Below are positions 8,945-17,159 of a DNA stretch of 40,366 nucleotides, one piece after another; positions within the stretch are counted from its first letter, which is position 1; every line of letters starts with the position of its first letter. Source of the DNA: an uncultured bacterium (GTDB lineage: Bacteria; SAR324; NAC60-12); NCBI GenBank assembly GCA_965662235.1, contig CBFIGY010000027.1, forward strand, positions 1 through 40,366, given 5' to 3'. The notes beneath the pieces were generated by a model. The model worked only from the letters and a program-made list of their open reading frames with translations, had not been told where the DNA came from and ran no database searches. A program made the position numbers and the translations under genes.

Positions 8945-9703
8945 ATGGCCCGAATTTCCTGGGGGCTGCTCCTGGCAGGCACCCTGTTTCTGACTCCTCA
9001 CTCCGCCTCAGCACAGCAGTCGTGGCTGGAGATCACTGAAGCCATCTTCCAGGAGTGCCTCACCCAGTGGGGCCGGGACTTTGAAAAGGTGCTCGCCTGC
9101 AAGCGCAACCGCGAACGCTCCCATGTGCGGCTTTACGGGAGTCCGGCCTCGTTTTCCACCACGGACAATTCCGAACCCGAGTACACCTACCTAGAGGAGG
9201 TTCTCAAGTGCAAGCAACGGTATGTGTATGACGAGGCGCAGGTGCTCGCCTTTGAGATGGGCTTCCGGAGCATCGTCCTCCGCAAGGATCAGCCCCAGCA
9301 GAACCTCAAGGATGAGGTGGATGAAACCCTTCAGGTGGGACTCCTCATTGGGGTCGAGTCCCGGGAGTATCAAGAGGCTGAGGGCAAGCAGGCGGCTTAT
9401 CAGATGATCTTTGAAGACTCTCCCATCGAGCGAGAGTTCCGCATTCACACCCTCTGTGGGCGAACCTCACTCACCGACATTCCGGTTGCAGAAGGAACCC
9501 TCCACATCGCCTACCTGAAGCAGGACGCAGAAGCGATTCTGTCCCAAAAAGCCCTCATTGCCGAGCAGGTCAACTTTCAGGAACGCCCCACCCACGGTCC
9601 CACGGATGAGCTTCAGGAAGCCGACCGAGCCTGGATTCGAGACACCGAACAGGCCATCCGGGACGCCCTGGGCATTCCCTATCTGCGCATCTTCATCAAC
9701 TGA
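8945..9703 (+). CDS. Secreted hypothetical protein
   Basis: Signal peptide ending ASA-Q, coding-like codon bias, no recognisable family. Confidence 0.7.
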   Translation: MARISWGLLLAGTLFLTPHSASAQQSWLEITEAIFQECLTQWGRDFEKVLACKRNRERSHVRLYGSPASFSTTDNSEPEYTYLEEVLKCKQRYVYDEAQVLAFEMGFRSIVLRKDQPQQNLKDEVDETLQVGLLIGVESREYQEAEGKQAAYQMIFEDSPIEREFRIHTLCGRTSLTDIPVAEGTLHIAYLKQDAEAILSQKALIAEQVNFQERPTHGPTDELQEADRAWIRDTEQAIRDALGIPYLRIFIN

Positions 9704-9800
9704 AGCCTCACGCTGGCAGAATCCCAAACACCGCACCGTTCCCTCTCAAGAGGAGAGACCGCCGCTCGGATTGCACGTAAAGAGGGGGAAAGCAGAAGAA

Positions 9801-9877
9801 TGGCGCGCCTGGAGTGATTCGAACACCCGACCCTTGGGATCGAAACCCAATGCTCTATCCAGCTGAGCTACAGGCGC
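9801..9877 (-). tRNA. tRNA-Arg(TCG)
   Basis: Reverse complement reads GCGCCTG TAGCTCAGCTGGATAGAGCA TTGGG-TTTCGAT-CCCAA GGGTC GGGTG-TTCGAAT-CACTC CAGGCGC G CCA. Confidence 0.96.
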
Positions 9878-9913
9878 GTGGGGCATGTGAAAGGGAAATC
9901 ACATTAGCCCGTG

Positions 9914-9942
9914 AGTATGGAGCAGTTCCGGACACAGTTCAA
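9914..9942 (-). promoter_or_regulatory. Sigma70-type promoter of tRNA-Arg
   Basis: Minus strand TTGAAC-N17-CATACT, about 36 nt upstream of the tRNA. Confidence 0.6.
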
Positions 9943-10100
9943 GTCCTTTTCCACAGGACCACCTGATGCCTGAGGGACGTCGCAAAAGCCACCGTGGGGA
10001 CGCATCGGGCTTGACGCTGGGAGCGGTTTCCGGAACGCTACTGGTTCGCAAAATGGAACCTTCTCGGGGCCCCGGCCCTTCCTCGTTGCTAACGCCTGAC

Positions 10101-10628
10101 ATGGACCTTGACGCACTGATTCGAACCATTCCCGACTACCCCAAGCCCGGCATCCTCTTCCGGGACATCACCACCCTCCTCCAGCACCCTGAGGGGTTCC
10201 GGAAGGCGGTGGACCTGCTGGTGCAGCCCTTCGCTGGCGCCGGCATCAGCCGAGTGGCAGGAATTGAAGCCCGGGGATTCATCCTCGGTGGCGCCGTCGC
10301 CCATCAGCTCTCCACCGGATTCATTCCCATCCGCAAGAAGGGGAAGCTTCCGTGGCAGACGCGCTCCGTGGCCTATCAGCTGGAGTACGGCACCGACGAG
10401 GTCGAAATGCACATCGATAGCCTACAGGCCGGAGACCGGGTGCTGCTCATTGACGACCTGATTGCCACCGGAGGAACTGCCTGTGCCGCCGTTCAGCTCA
10501 TTCAAGAAGCCGGAGGCGAGGTCGCAGGCGCCAGCTTTGTGATCGACCTCCCGGATCTGGGAGGACGGCAACAGCTGGAAGCCATGGGCATCCACGTCCG
10601 GACCCTGATCGACTACCCCGGACACTGA
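10101..10628 (+). CDS. apt: Adenine phosphoribosyltransferase
   Basis: [36 protein letters not shown] and PRPP motif [14 protein letters not shown] 10101 is the likely start. Confidence 0.96.
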   Translation: MDLDALIRTIPDYPKPGILFRDITTLLQHPEGFRKAVDLLVQPFAGAGISRVAGIEARGFILGGAVAHQLSTGFIPIRKKGKLPWQTRSVAYQLEYGTDEVEMHIDSLQAGDRVLLIDDLIATGGTACAAVQLIQEAGGEVAGASFVIDLPDLGGRQQLEAMGIHVRTLIDYPGH

Positions 10629-10631
10629 GCC

Positions 10632-11483
10632 TCATTCCGCAAAAATCGGGTGGGGCCAGTGTGCATCGCCCCACGCCTGAATCTCCCGGTAAAGGTCCGT
10701 GTCCTGCAGAAAGCGCAGCTCAAAGCTGGTCCGGAGCATCGCCTCAATCGCGTCCTGAGACGTAGGCGCTGAGAAGGCCCGGAGCTTGGGTTGGCCGTTC
10801 AGAAGGACACTGAGCAACCGCGTCAGGTCATGCCCCCGAACCACCCGCCAGGGGTCGTGCCCTTCCCGGCGCAGGCCCTTGAGGTCCTTGCGCAGCTGTG
10901 AGAACGGAGGCAGGCGAGGAGGCGAAAGCTGCTGCAGGGTGTGGTAGAGCTGCCGCAGGTCGATCTCCAGCTCCTCTGCCGACACAAACCGGGAAAAATC
11001 AATGTGCTGCATGGGCAGGTTGTAGCGGAAGCGCTGGCTTGCCATCCGGACATAACCAAGCGTCTGCCCGGCATCCAGCAACAACCCCCTCAGGGAATCC
11101 TGCCGCTGCGGCTCCAGGAAGCGTTCCAGCTTCCGCTGATCAAAGAAGTGCCGAAGGAACTTCTCAAACGCCGGAGAACGGATGATCAGGGTTTCGTGGT
11201 CGTGCGTGTCGGTCACAAACACCGGAAGCCCCTCCGGAATCGCCTCCCCAAAGTCCGCATCCACAATTCCAATCACATCCGGACGGTCCTCGAGCAGCAG
11301 CAACGCTTCAAAGACGTTGTACTTCCCTCCTGCCGGAATGAAGCGGGTCTGCTCCGCATTGAAGAAGCTCTGGTAGAAGCGGTCGTCCGACAGTCCCTCG
11401 ACCAGAATGAAGAGTCCGTCAAAGCGACGGCTCATCATCCGGACAACGTTGGCCGCGTCTGTGTGGCGTAGCGCGCTCCGCAC
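10632..11483 (-). CDS. DUF4435 TOPRIM-like nuclease, PARIS AriB-like
   Basis: TOPRIM acidic motifs LVEGLSD and GIVDADF, plus GGK, 'THDHET' and 'RGHD'; directly downstream of an ABC-type ATPase. Confidence 0.8.
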   Translation of the reverse strand: MRSALRHTDAANVVRMMSRRFDGLFILVEGLSDDRFYQSFFNAEQTRFIPAGGKYNVFEALLLLEDRPDVIGIVDADFGEAIPEGLPVFVTDTHDHETLIIRSPAFEKFLRHFFDQRKLERFLEPQRQDSLRGLLLDAGQTLGYVRMASQRFRYNLPMQHIDFSRFVSAEELEIDLRQLYHTLQQLSPPRLPPFSQLRKDLKGLRREGHDPWRVVRGHDLTRLLSVLLNGQPKLRAFSAPTSQDAIEAMLRTSFELRFLQDTDLYREIQAWGDAHWPHPIFAE

Positions 11484-12605
11484 TCAGACCGTGATCTCAA
11501 GGGTGCGGTCCCAGTGGTTCCCGACAATCTGTGGCGAGTGAGTTGCCACCAGGAACTGTCCCCCCGTCAGCTCAGCAAGCCGCAGGAGGTCATCCATGAA
11601 GGAATACTGCCACTCCACGTGCCAAGAAAGCTCCGGCTCATCCAGCAACACTAGGGTCTGGGGAGTCGTCTCAAAGAGCAGGCGGTGCAGGAGGACGATC
11701 AGGTGCTGTTCCCCAGACGACAGGCGATCCAGCGGCAGCAGCTGCCCCGATGCCAGCAGAACGGCGTAACCGAGGCGCCGGTCAATGCGGATCTGCTTGA
11801 GCCTGAGCCGCCGGTGCAGCAGACGCAGCAGCTGACGAATCTGATCCCGGAGGGACTGAAGGCTCGCCAGTTTAGCCAGCTGCTGCTCCACGTACACCAG
11901 CACCAGAGGGAGCTGATCGGGAGGCAACTGCGGCAGCACCGGCGGCAGCTCCATCGGATCAATCAGTCCCAACCGCGCCAGCTCCTCCAGCAGGTCCCGG
12001 AGCTCATCCAGCCGCTGCTGCAGCCGCTCCGGATCAACCTCTTCTGGAAGGGTTCCTAGGTTGCTCAGGAAGCGAAAATCCTGGGCCAGGCTTTCATTGA
12101 GCAGCTGATCCAAAATCGCCGTCAGCCGTTGCTGCATCTCGGTTGCGCACTGCTGGACGGCGCTTCCTGGCGGACCACTCAGGCGGTTGCTTCCCAGCAG
12201 AAGCACCGGATGCTGCTCGCAGAACTGGTTCAGCCAAGTGGCCTCCGGAAGGTGGTGCTCCGCTTCACTCGGATTCCAGAGCGGCCCCAGCGGCAGTTCC
12301 AGTTCCTCCACCTCGGTTCCCCGCGTCAGCGTCAACGCCAAGCTGCCTTCCAGTGGCTTCGAACGCACCGGAATGCGCCGCTCCACGGTCAAGCAGGCGG
12401 TTTTCCACTCCAGAGTCAGTCGGTCAAACGGCAAACGCGCCAGCCCGGACCAGTTTTGATTAAGCGTATCTGAAATCGATTCCAGCAGCGTGGACTTGCC
12501 CACGCCGTTTTCCCCATGCAGCAGCAGCACCGGCTCCTCTGCCTGAAGCGAGAGCTCGTGCGTGTGCGCCTCAAAGAGGCCTTCAATGTAGATTCGTTGC
12601 AGCAT
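11484..12605 (-). CDS. AAA_15/AAA_21 ABC-type ATPase, PARIS AriA-like
   Basis: GENGVGKST, helical insert, LSSGEQ, LLDEPELSWHVEWQ, ATHSP; ATG 12605 overlaps the upstream stop (TGATG); no TM segments. Confidence 0.85.
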   Translation of the reverse strand: MLQRIYIEGLFEAHTHELSLQAEEPVLLLHGENGVGKSTLLESISDTLNQNWSGLARLPFDRLTLEWKTACLTVERRIPVRSKPLEGSLALTLTRGTEVEELELPLGPLWNPSEAEHHLPEATWLNQFCEQHPVLLLGSNRLSGPPGSAVQQCATEMQQRLTAILDQLLNESLAQDFRFLSNLGTLPEEVDPERLQQRLDELRDLLEELARLGLIDPMELPPVLPQLPPDQLPLVLVYVEQQLAKLASLQSLRDQIRQLLRLLHRRLRLKQIRIDRRLGYAVLLASGQLLPLDRLSSGEQHLIVLLHRLLFETTPQTLVLLDEPELSWHVEWQYSFMDDLLRLAELTGGQFLVATHSPQIVGNHWDRTLEITV

Positions 12606-13441
12606 CAGCTTGCCAGGAAATCGAGGACGGGAGAGGCTTGGTCCGCAGAGGTCAGCGTGGGGGCATGTCCGCAGTTGGGGAACTCCACCAGTCGGGGGCA
12701 AGGACCCCGCTGGGTCATGGCCTCGGCGACTGCTGCAGGAAGGACGTCTGAATGAGCGCCCCGCAGCAGCAGGGTTGGGGTGGTCACCGTGTCGTAGGCC
12801 TCCCAGAGACTGAGGTCTTCCGGATGCGTGGTGAACTGGCTGACAATGCGGGGGTCATAGTGAACGGTGAGGGCTCCGGCATCGGTGCGGCGGGCTGAGG
12901 TCTGAGCCATCCGGGTCCAAAACGCTGGAGGGTTGACGCCAAAAGGCTGATACACCGTCTCCAGCCACTCCTGCAGCTCTGCATACGTCGCAAAGGTCGG
13001 CGGGTTCCCCACATACGCCACAATGCGAGCCACGGCACTTTCCGGGACCTCGGGGCCAATGTCGTTGAGCACCAAGTGGGACAAACGGTGACGGAAGGCA
13101 CCAGCGGCCAGCGTCAGCCCAATCAGCCCTCCCATGGAGGTTCCAACCCAGCGGACGGTTTCCAGCTTCAGCGTTTCACACAGCCCTTCAGCCAGAGCCG
13201 CATACAGCGCAAAGCAGTAGTCCCGCTCTCGGTCTTGAGCCCACTGACTTTGACCACGTCCGGGAGTGTCTGGACAAACCACGTAGTAGGTCGCCGCCAG
13301 CCGCTCCGCCAGCTCGTCAAAGTCCCGACCCGTCCGGGCCAACCCGTGCCAGCAGAAAACCGGTGGAGCCTGCGGGTCCCCCCATTCCGTGATGTGAACC
13401 TCTTGCCCCTGGCTCTGCACAAAGCGTGATCGCCCTTCCAT
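12605..13441 (-). CDS. Alpha/beta-fold hydrolase
   Basis: HGLARTGRDF oxyanion region, GTSMGG nucleophile elbow, RGAHSD, GHAP. Confidence 0.92.
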   Translation of the reverse strand: MEGRSRFVQSQGQEVHITEWGDPQAPPVFCWHGLARTGRDFDELAERLAATYYVVCPDTPGRGQSQWAQDRERDYCFALYAALAEGLCETLKLETVRWVGTSMGGLIGLTLAAGAFRHRLSHLVLNDIGPEVPESAVARIVAYVGNPPTFATYAELQEWLETVYQPFGVNPPAFWTRMAQTSARRTDAGALTVHYDPRIVSQFTTHPEDLSLWEAYDTVTTPTLLLRGAHSDVLPAAVAEAMTQRGPCPRLVEFPNCGHAPTLTSADQASPVLDFLAS

Positions 13442-13674
13442 GCCTCCTGTTCCTCCTTCATTCCGTCGGTTGCTCTCCTCCTCTACAGGACGGCCTCAGC
13501 ATACGTTGCCCCGTTGGTGAGGGCAAGCAAAGACCGAAATGCTTCTCCGTCCCTCTGAACCAAGTCGGTGCGCAACCTGAGCACAATCGAAGAGAACCTC
13601 TCCAGTCTCACCCTTGAGGTACTTTCTGCACACGCCTGGCCCGGGGCGCCCTATTTTTCCCAGCTCTTTGGTTT

Positions 13675-13832
13675 ATTTTTCGGAAAAAATCCCATCTCCA
13701 TGGATTATTTTTTTTCCGAAAAAAAGACGCTTCCTAAATTCCTCTTTCAAAAAAGTTTTCGGAATCAGCAGCTTAGTCCTCGCTTTCAAGAGATTCAGCG
13801 CTGAAGGAGAGCCTTTCTTTTTTCCGAAAAAT
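13675..13832. repeat. AT-rich array of four TTTTC(C/G)GAA(AA) sites in alternating orientation; the outer pair is a perfect 15-bp inverted repeat
   Basis: ATTTTTCGGAAAAAA 13675-13689; TTTTTTTTCCGAAAAAAA 13708-13725; TTTTCGGAA 13756-13764; TTTTTTCCGAAAAAT 13818-13832. Confidence 0.85.
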
Positions 13833-13949
13833 CGATAAAAAAATTAAATAATTACAGGGGTATAAGCTTTGCTGAGCTTCAGGAAAGCCAACTAGGCCCC
13901 GTTCTGCCAGAACGGTTTGATTCACTTCTATCATGAGGATGTAAGGCAC

Positions 13950-14639
13950 ATGATGTTCGGTTCACTCAGGGCGCCGCTCTGCTTCACCGTACTGATGATG
14001 GCCCTGCTCATAGGGGGCAAACAAGCGGAAGCAGAAAATCGGTTTTCCTTTAACTACTCCGGGCTCGGCGCTCCGCAAGGGAGCTTCATCAGCCAGAGCG
14101 ATCAACGTGAAATCCCTCTAACCGATCAGATGCCCATTGGAGCCGCATTCGACTGGTTCCCTTTGCGCAGCAACTGGTTCTATGTGCAGCTGGCGGGGGA
14201 CTACAACAACTTTGTCGCGGAAGAGACTCAAAACAACATTGTCATCACCCACCACCTAGAGCAGACCCAAGTTGCGGCCCGGCTCTTCTTGAACATCCCA
14301 CTCCAGTTTGCCTCTCACACGGGAATCCGCTCTAGACGCGATAGTGCCGGTGAGATATTTGCGAGTCTTTACGGGGCTCCACTGAGCTCCAAAAGCACCT
14401 ATTACTATGAGTCTCAAGGGCTCATCAACCGTAACTCGGATCCCTACGAAGGAGGGCGCAATGAGGAGTCTGGCACAGCCAAGATCATTGGCCTCCGCTA
14501 CGCCAGTTCCAATTACACCTTCAGCCTCTATCAAGACTCCCGCACCAGTGACTTGGAGGTGAGGTTTCAGGATGGAAACACCTACCAATACAAACGCAAC
14601 GCTGTAATCGTACTTAGCATTGGCATGAGGTTCAAATGA
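13950..14639 (+). CDS. Secreted protein, putative outer-membrane beta-barrel
   Basis: Signal peptide ending AEA-E, alternating amphipathic aromatic-rich strands, C-terminus VIVLSIGMRFK; the start could be 13917, 13950 or 13953. Confidence 0.55.
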   Translation: MMFGSLRAPLCFTVLMMALLIGGKQAEAENRFSFNYSGLGAPQGSFISQSDQREIPLTDQMPIGAAFDWFPLRSNWFYVQLAGDYNNFVAEETQNNIVITHHLEQTQVAARLFLNIPLQFASHTGIRSRRDSAGEIFASLYGAPLSSKSTYYYESQGLINRNSDPYEGGRNEESGTAKIIGLRYASSNYTFSLYQDSRTSDLEVRFQDGNTYQYKRNAVIVLSIGMRFK

Positions 14640-16069
14640 GAAAAACGATGACCCGATGGCTGATCATGAGCGGGTGCCTTGCCAGCCTGTCTGCTTGTGG
14701 AAATGACTCCAGTATGATCGAATCCTCCGAGCCAGAGCCGACAACCACCCCCGCTTTAACGGCCACCATTGATCAGGACACAAATACCACGGGGACCACG
14801 GCGACCCTCAGCCTAGGGCTTTCCACACCAGGGGGAGCGGATGTTCCCATCACCATCACAAGCAGCGATGAATCCGTAGGCACCGTCAGTGCCTCTTCGG
14901 TCACAATCACGGATGCTGACTGGCGGCAGGCCGCAGATGTCACCACTATCAAAACACTCACCTTGACGGGACAGTGTGACGATGTAGCTGGAGACACCAC
15001 TTATGACATTCAGGTGACCCCGAACTCCGCCAACTACCCCACCAGCTTGGCCAAAACCCTGACGGTTACGAACACGGAGCAGCCCAGCATCCAGGTCAAT
15101 AGCACCACCGGCACCACTACTGAAACCGGTAACGTTATTGAGTATACCGTCCGGATCTGCAGCCAAGACAACGCAACGGTGACGCTTACTTCTTCTGATA
15201 CCGGAGAAGGCACCGTAAGTCCTGCAAGCCTCGCTTTTACAACAGCGAACTGGTCCACGGTCCAGACCTTTACGGTCACAGGGGTCGATGATGCCATTGC
15301 CGACAACAACGTGGACTATACCGTGACCCTCTCGGCATCCGCTTATGGAGCAACAGATACCGTCATCAACCTGAGCAACACCGATGACGAAACGCCCAAC
15401 CTGACTCTCACTCCCACCAGTGGACTCTTGGTCAATGAAGACGGCACGACAGACACCATCGACGTTACCCTGACCACTGAGCCAGGAGCAGACGTGACGG
15501 TTCAGGCAAGCGTCTCTGACAGCGAGGCAACGGTCACCCCTTCCTCCCTGACCTTCACCGCAGCGAATTACAACACCGCACAGACCCTCACGATCTCAGC
15601 GGTTGATGACCTGATTGACGAGGACGATGAGACCAAGACCCTGACGCTCACTTCCAGCAGCAGCATCACGTCCTACAGTGGGCTCAATGAAAGCGTCGAC
15701 TTTACTGTAGCGGACAACGACACCGCCGGGATGACCCTGACGACCACTCCTGTTGTGGTCTCAGAAACGGTCTCCTACGCAGCCTTCGGGGTCACCTTGG
15801 CCACTCAACCCACCGCGGATGTCACCATCTCTGCCAGTAGTGCGGACACCAACGAGGTTGCAATCTCCTCACCGTCGTCCCTGACCTTTACTTCCAGCAA
15901 CTGGAATCAGGCTCAGTCGGTGACGGTCGCAGGAGTTCGTGGGACCCCAGGGACGCAGGATGGAGATCAAACGGTCGTGGTCACGGTGACTTCAGCCAGC
16001 GCTGATGCCAAGTATGGGAACCCTCCGCAGACGGCCACGATTAATGTGGTGAACATCGATATCGATTAA
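14636..16069 (+). CDS. Thr/Ser/Asp-rich surface lipoprotein with four Calx-beta/Ig-like repeats
   Basis: Lipobox LSA-C; four ~105-aa repeats with 'ADV.....SSD....V.P.SL.FT..NW...QT.TV.GVDD'. Confidence 0.8.
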   Translation: MRKTMTRWLIMSGCLASLSACGNDSSMIESSEPEPTTTPALTATIDQDTNTTGTTATLSLGLSTPGGADVPITITSSDESVGTVSASSVTITDADWRQAADVTTIKTLTLTGQCDDVAGDTTYDIQVTPNSANYPTSLAKTLTVTNTEQPSIQVNSTTGTTTETGNVIEYTVRICSQDNATVTLTSSDTGEGTVSPASLAFTTANWSTVQTFTVTGVDDAIADNNVDYTVTLSASAYGATDTVINLSNTDDETPNLTLTPTSGLLVNEDGTTDTIDVTLTTEPGADVTVQASVSDSEATVTPSSLTFTAANYNTAQTLTISAVDDLIDEDDETKTLTLTSSSSITSYSGLNESVDFTVADNDTAGMTLTTTPVVVSETVSYAAFGVTLATQPTADVTISASSADTNEVAISSPSSLTFTSSNWNQAQSVTVAGVRGTPGTQDGDQTVVVTVTSASADAKYGNPPQTATINVVNIDID

Positions 16070-16075
16070 CCTCCC

Positions 16076-17146
16076 TCACCGGGAGTGCTGCTGCAGGAAG
16101 GGGTGAAGGGCCTGATCAAAGGCACTCGGCTGCTCCAGGTACGGTGAGTGCCCGCAGCCGGCCAACACCACTTCCTCAAACCATCCTCCGGAGGCCGCAT
16201 ACGCCTCCAGCACTTCCCGGGTCTGGGTCACCATCGGCTGAGGCGGAAAGGCCTCCATGCCAGGCCACCCAGGAATCACTCCCAACTGCCCCAGCTGTCC
16301 AAAATCAGACAAGGAGCCATCAGACACCACCTGATCCGCTGCTCCCCGAATCCAGAGGATCGGAGGCTTCTGATCCAGTGCATAGAGACGCTCCGGAGGT
16401 TCCTGATAGAGGGGGGCCAAAGCATTCACGGATCCCCAGGCGCCCGGGGCCACCCCCGGCCAGTTCGGCGACGTCACAAAGTCTCCCGGATACGCCTGCT
16501 CTCCTAGGTGCGTCTGTAGCGTTGAGCTGAGGAGGGCCTCCATCTGCTCTGGAACAAATGGCGGACGCCACACCAGCTGATTGAGGACGTTTCGGGGAGA
16601 CGCCTGTGGAGCATCAGCGCTGCGGTCTCCCGATCGCAAACGCTCCACAAACTCTTTGCCGACGGTGCCTCCGCCGGATCCGGCGCCATCTGGCCAACAT
16701 GGAAGGCCGTCTGGACGGCATCCACCAAAGCCATAGGGCGATCCGGGGCACACCTGCGTCACGCTGAGCACCCGGTCGGCATGGTCCATGAGGAAGCGCC
16801 AAAGGACGGAGCCTCCCAACGAGTGTCCCACCACATGCGCCTGCTCCACCTGCAGGGCCTCCAGCAGCGCCCAGAGGTCCTCTGAAAAGTCCGCCAGGCC
16901 TCGGGTGGCGTCCACCTGCGCCTGCGGATCGGCCTCGCCATAGCCACGCTGATCGTATGCCACACACCGGTACGCCTCCGGCATCCGCAGCAAGGTGGCT
17001 TCCCACCAGGTGGCTGCAGAAAGGTTTCCATGCACAAAAATCACCGGAACCCCATCTGCAGGTCCACGGGTGAGCACACGGGTGTCCAAGCGGGCGGTTT
17101 GGAGACGAGCGGCGGCAATGCCAGGCATTACGGGAAGAACAGTCAT
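16076..17146 (-). CDS. Alpha/beta-fold hydrolase
   Basis: FVHGNLS, DQRGYG, GHSLGG, RGAADQVV, GHSP motifs. Confidence 0.92.
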   Translation of the reverse strand: MTVLPVMPGIAAARLQTARLDTRVLTRGPADGVPVIFVHGNLSAATWWEATLLRMPEAYRCVAYDQRGYGEADPQAQVDATRGLADFSEDLWALLEALQVEQAHVVGHSLGGSVLWRFLMDHADRVLSVTQVCPGSPYGFGGCRPDGLPCWPDGAGSGGGTVGKEFVERLRSGDRSADAPQASPRNVLNQLVWRPPFVPEQMEALLSSTLQTHLGEQAYPGDFVTSPNWPGVAPGAWGSVNALAPLYQEPPERLYALDQKPPILWIRGAADQVVSDGSLSDFGQLGQLGVIPGWPGMEAFPPQPMVTQTREVLEAYAASGGWFEEVVLAGCGHSPYLEQPSAFDQALHPFLQQHSR

Positions 17147-17159
17147 GAGGATCCTTTTG

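Noticed and set aside
9886..9903. CRP site TGTGA...TCACA
   Set aside because: The spacer is 8 nt rather than the canonical 6; better explained as a tRNA leader hairpin
9966..10100. N-terminal extensions given by the ORF track (apt 9966, ATPase 12701, prmA 23131, dGTPase 31055, lon 34072, MFS 34077)
   Set aside because: They overlap neighbouring genes or promoter DNA and precede the family-typical N-termini; downstream starts were chosen
10632..12605. Septu, Gabija or retron assignment for the ATPase pair
   Set aside because: The partner has TOPRIM/DUF4435 motifs rather than HNH; no UvrD helicase or reverse transcriptase is nearby
13675..13832. AT-rich repeats as a CRISPR array or oriC
   Set aside because: The repeats are short, alternate in orientation and are unevenly spaced (35, 44, 64 bp); there are no cas genes, no TTATCCACA DnaA boxes and no dnaA/gidA context
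13568..13838. Short Phe/Lys-rich ORFs in the AT-rich tract
   Set aside because: By-products of T/A homopolymers; no RBS or coding bias
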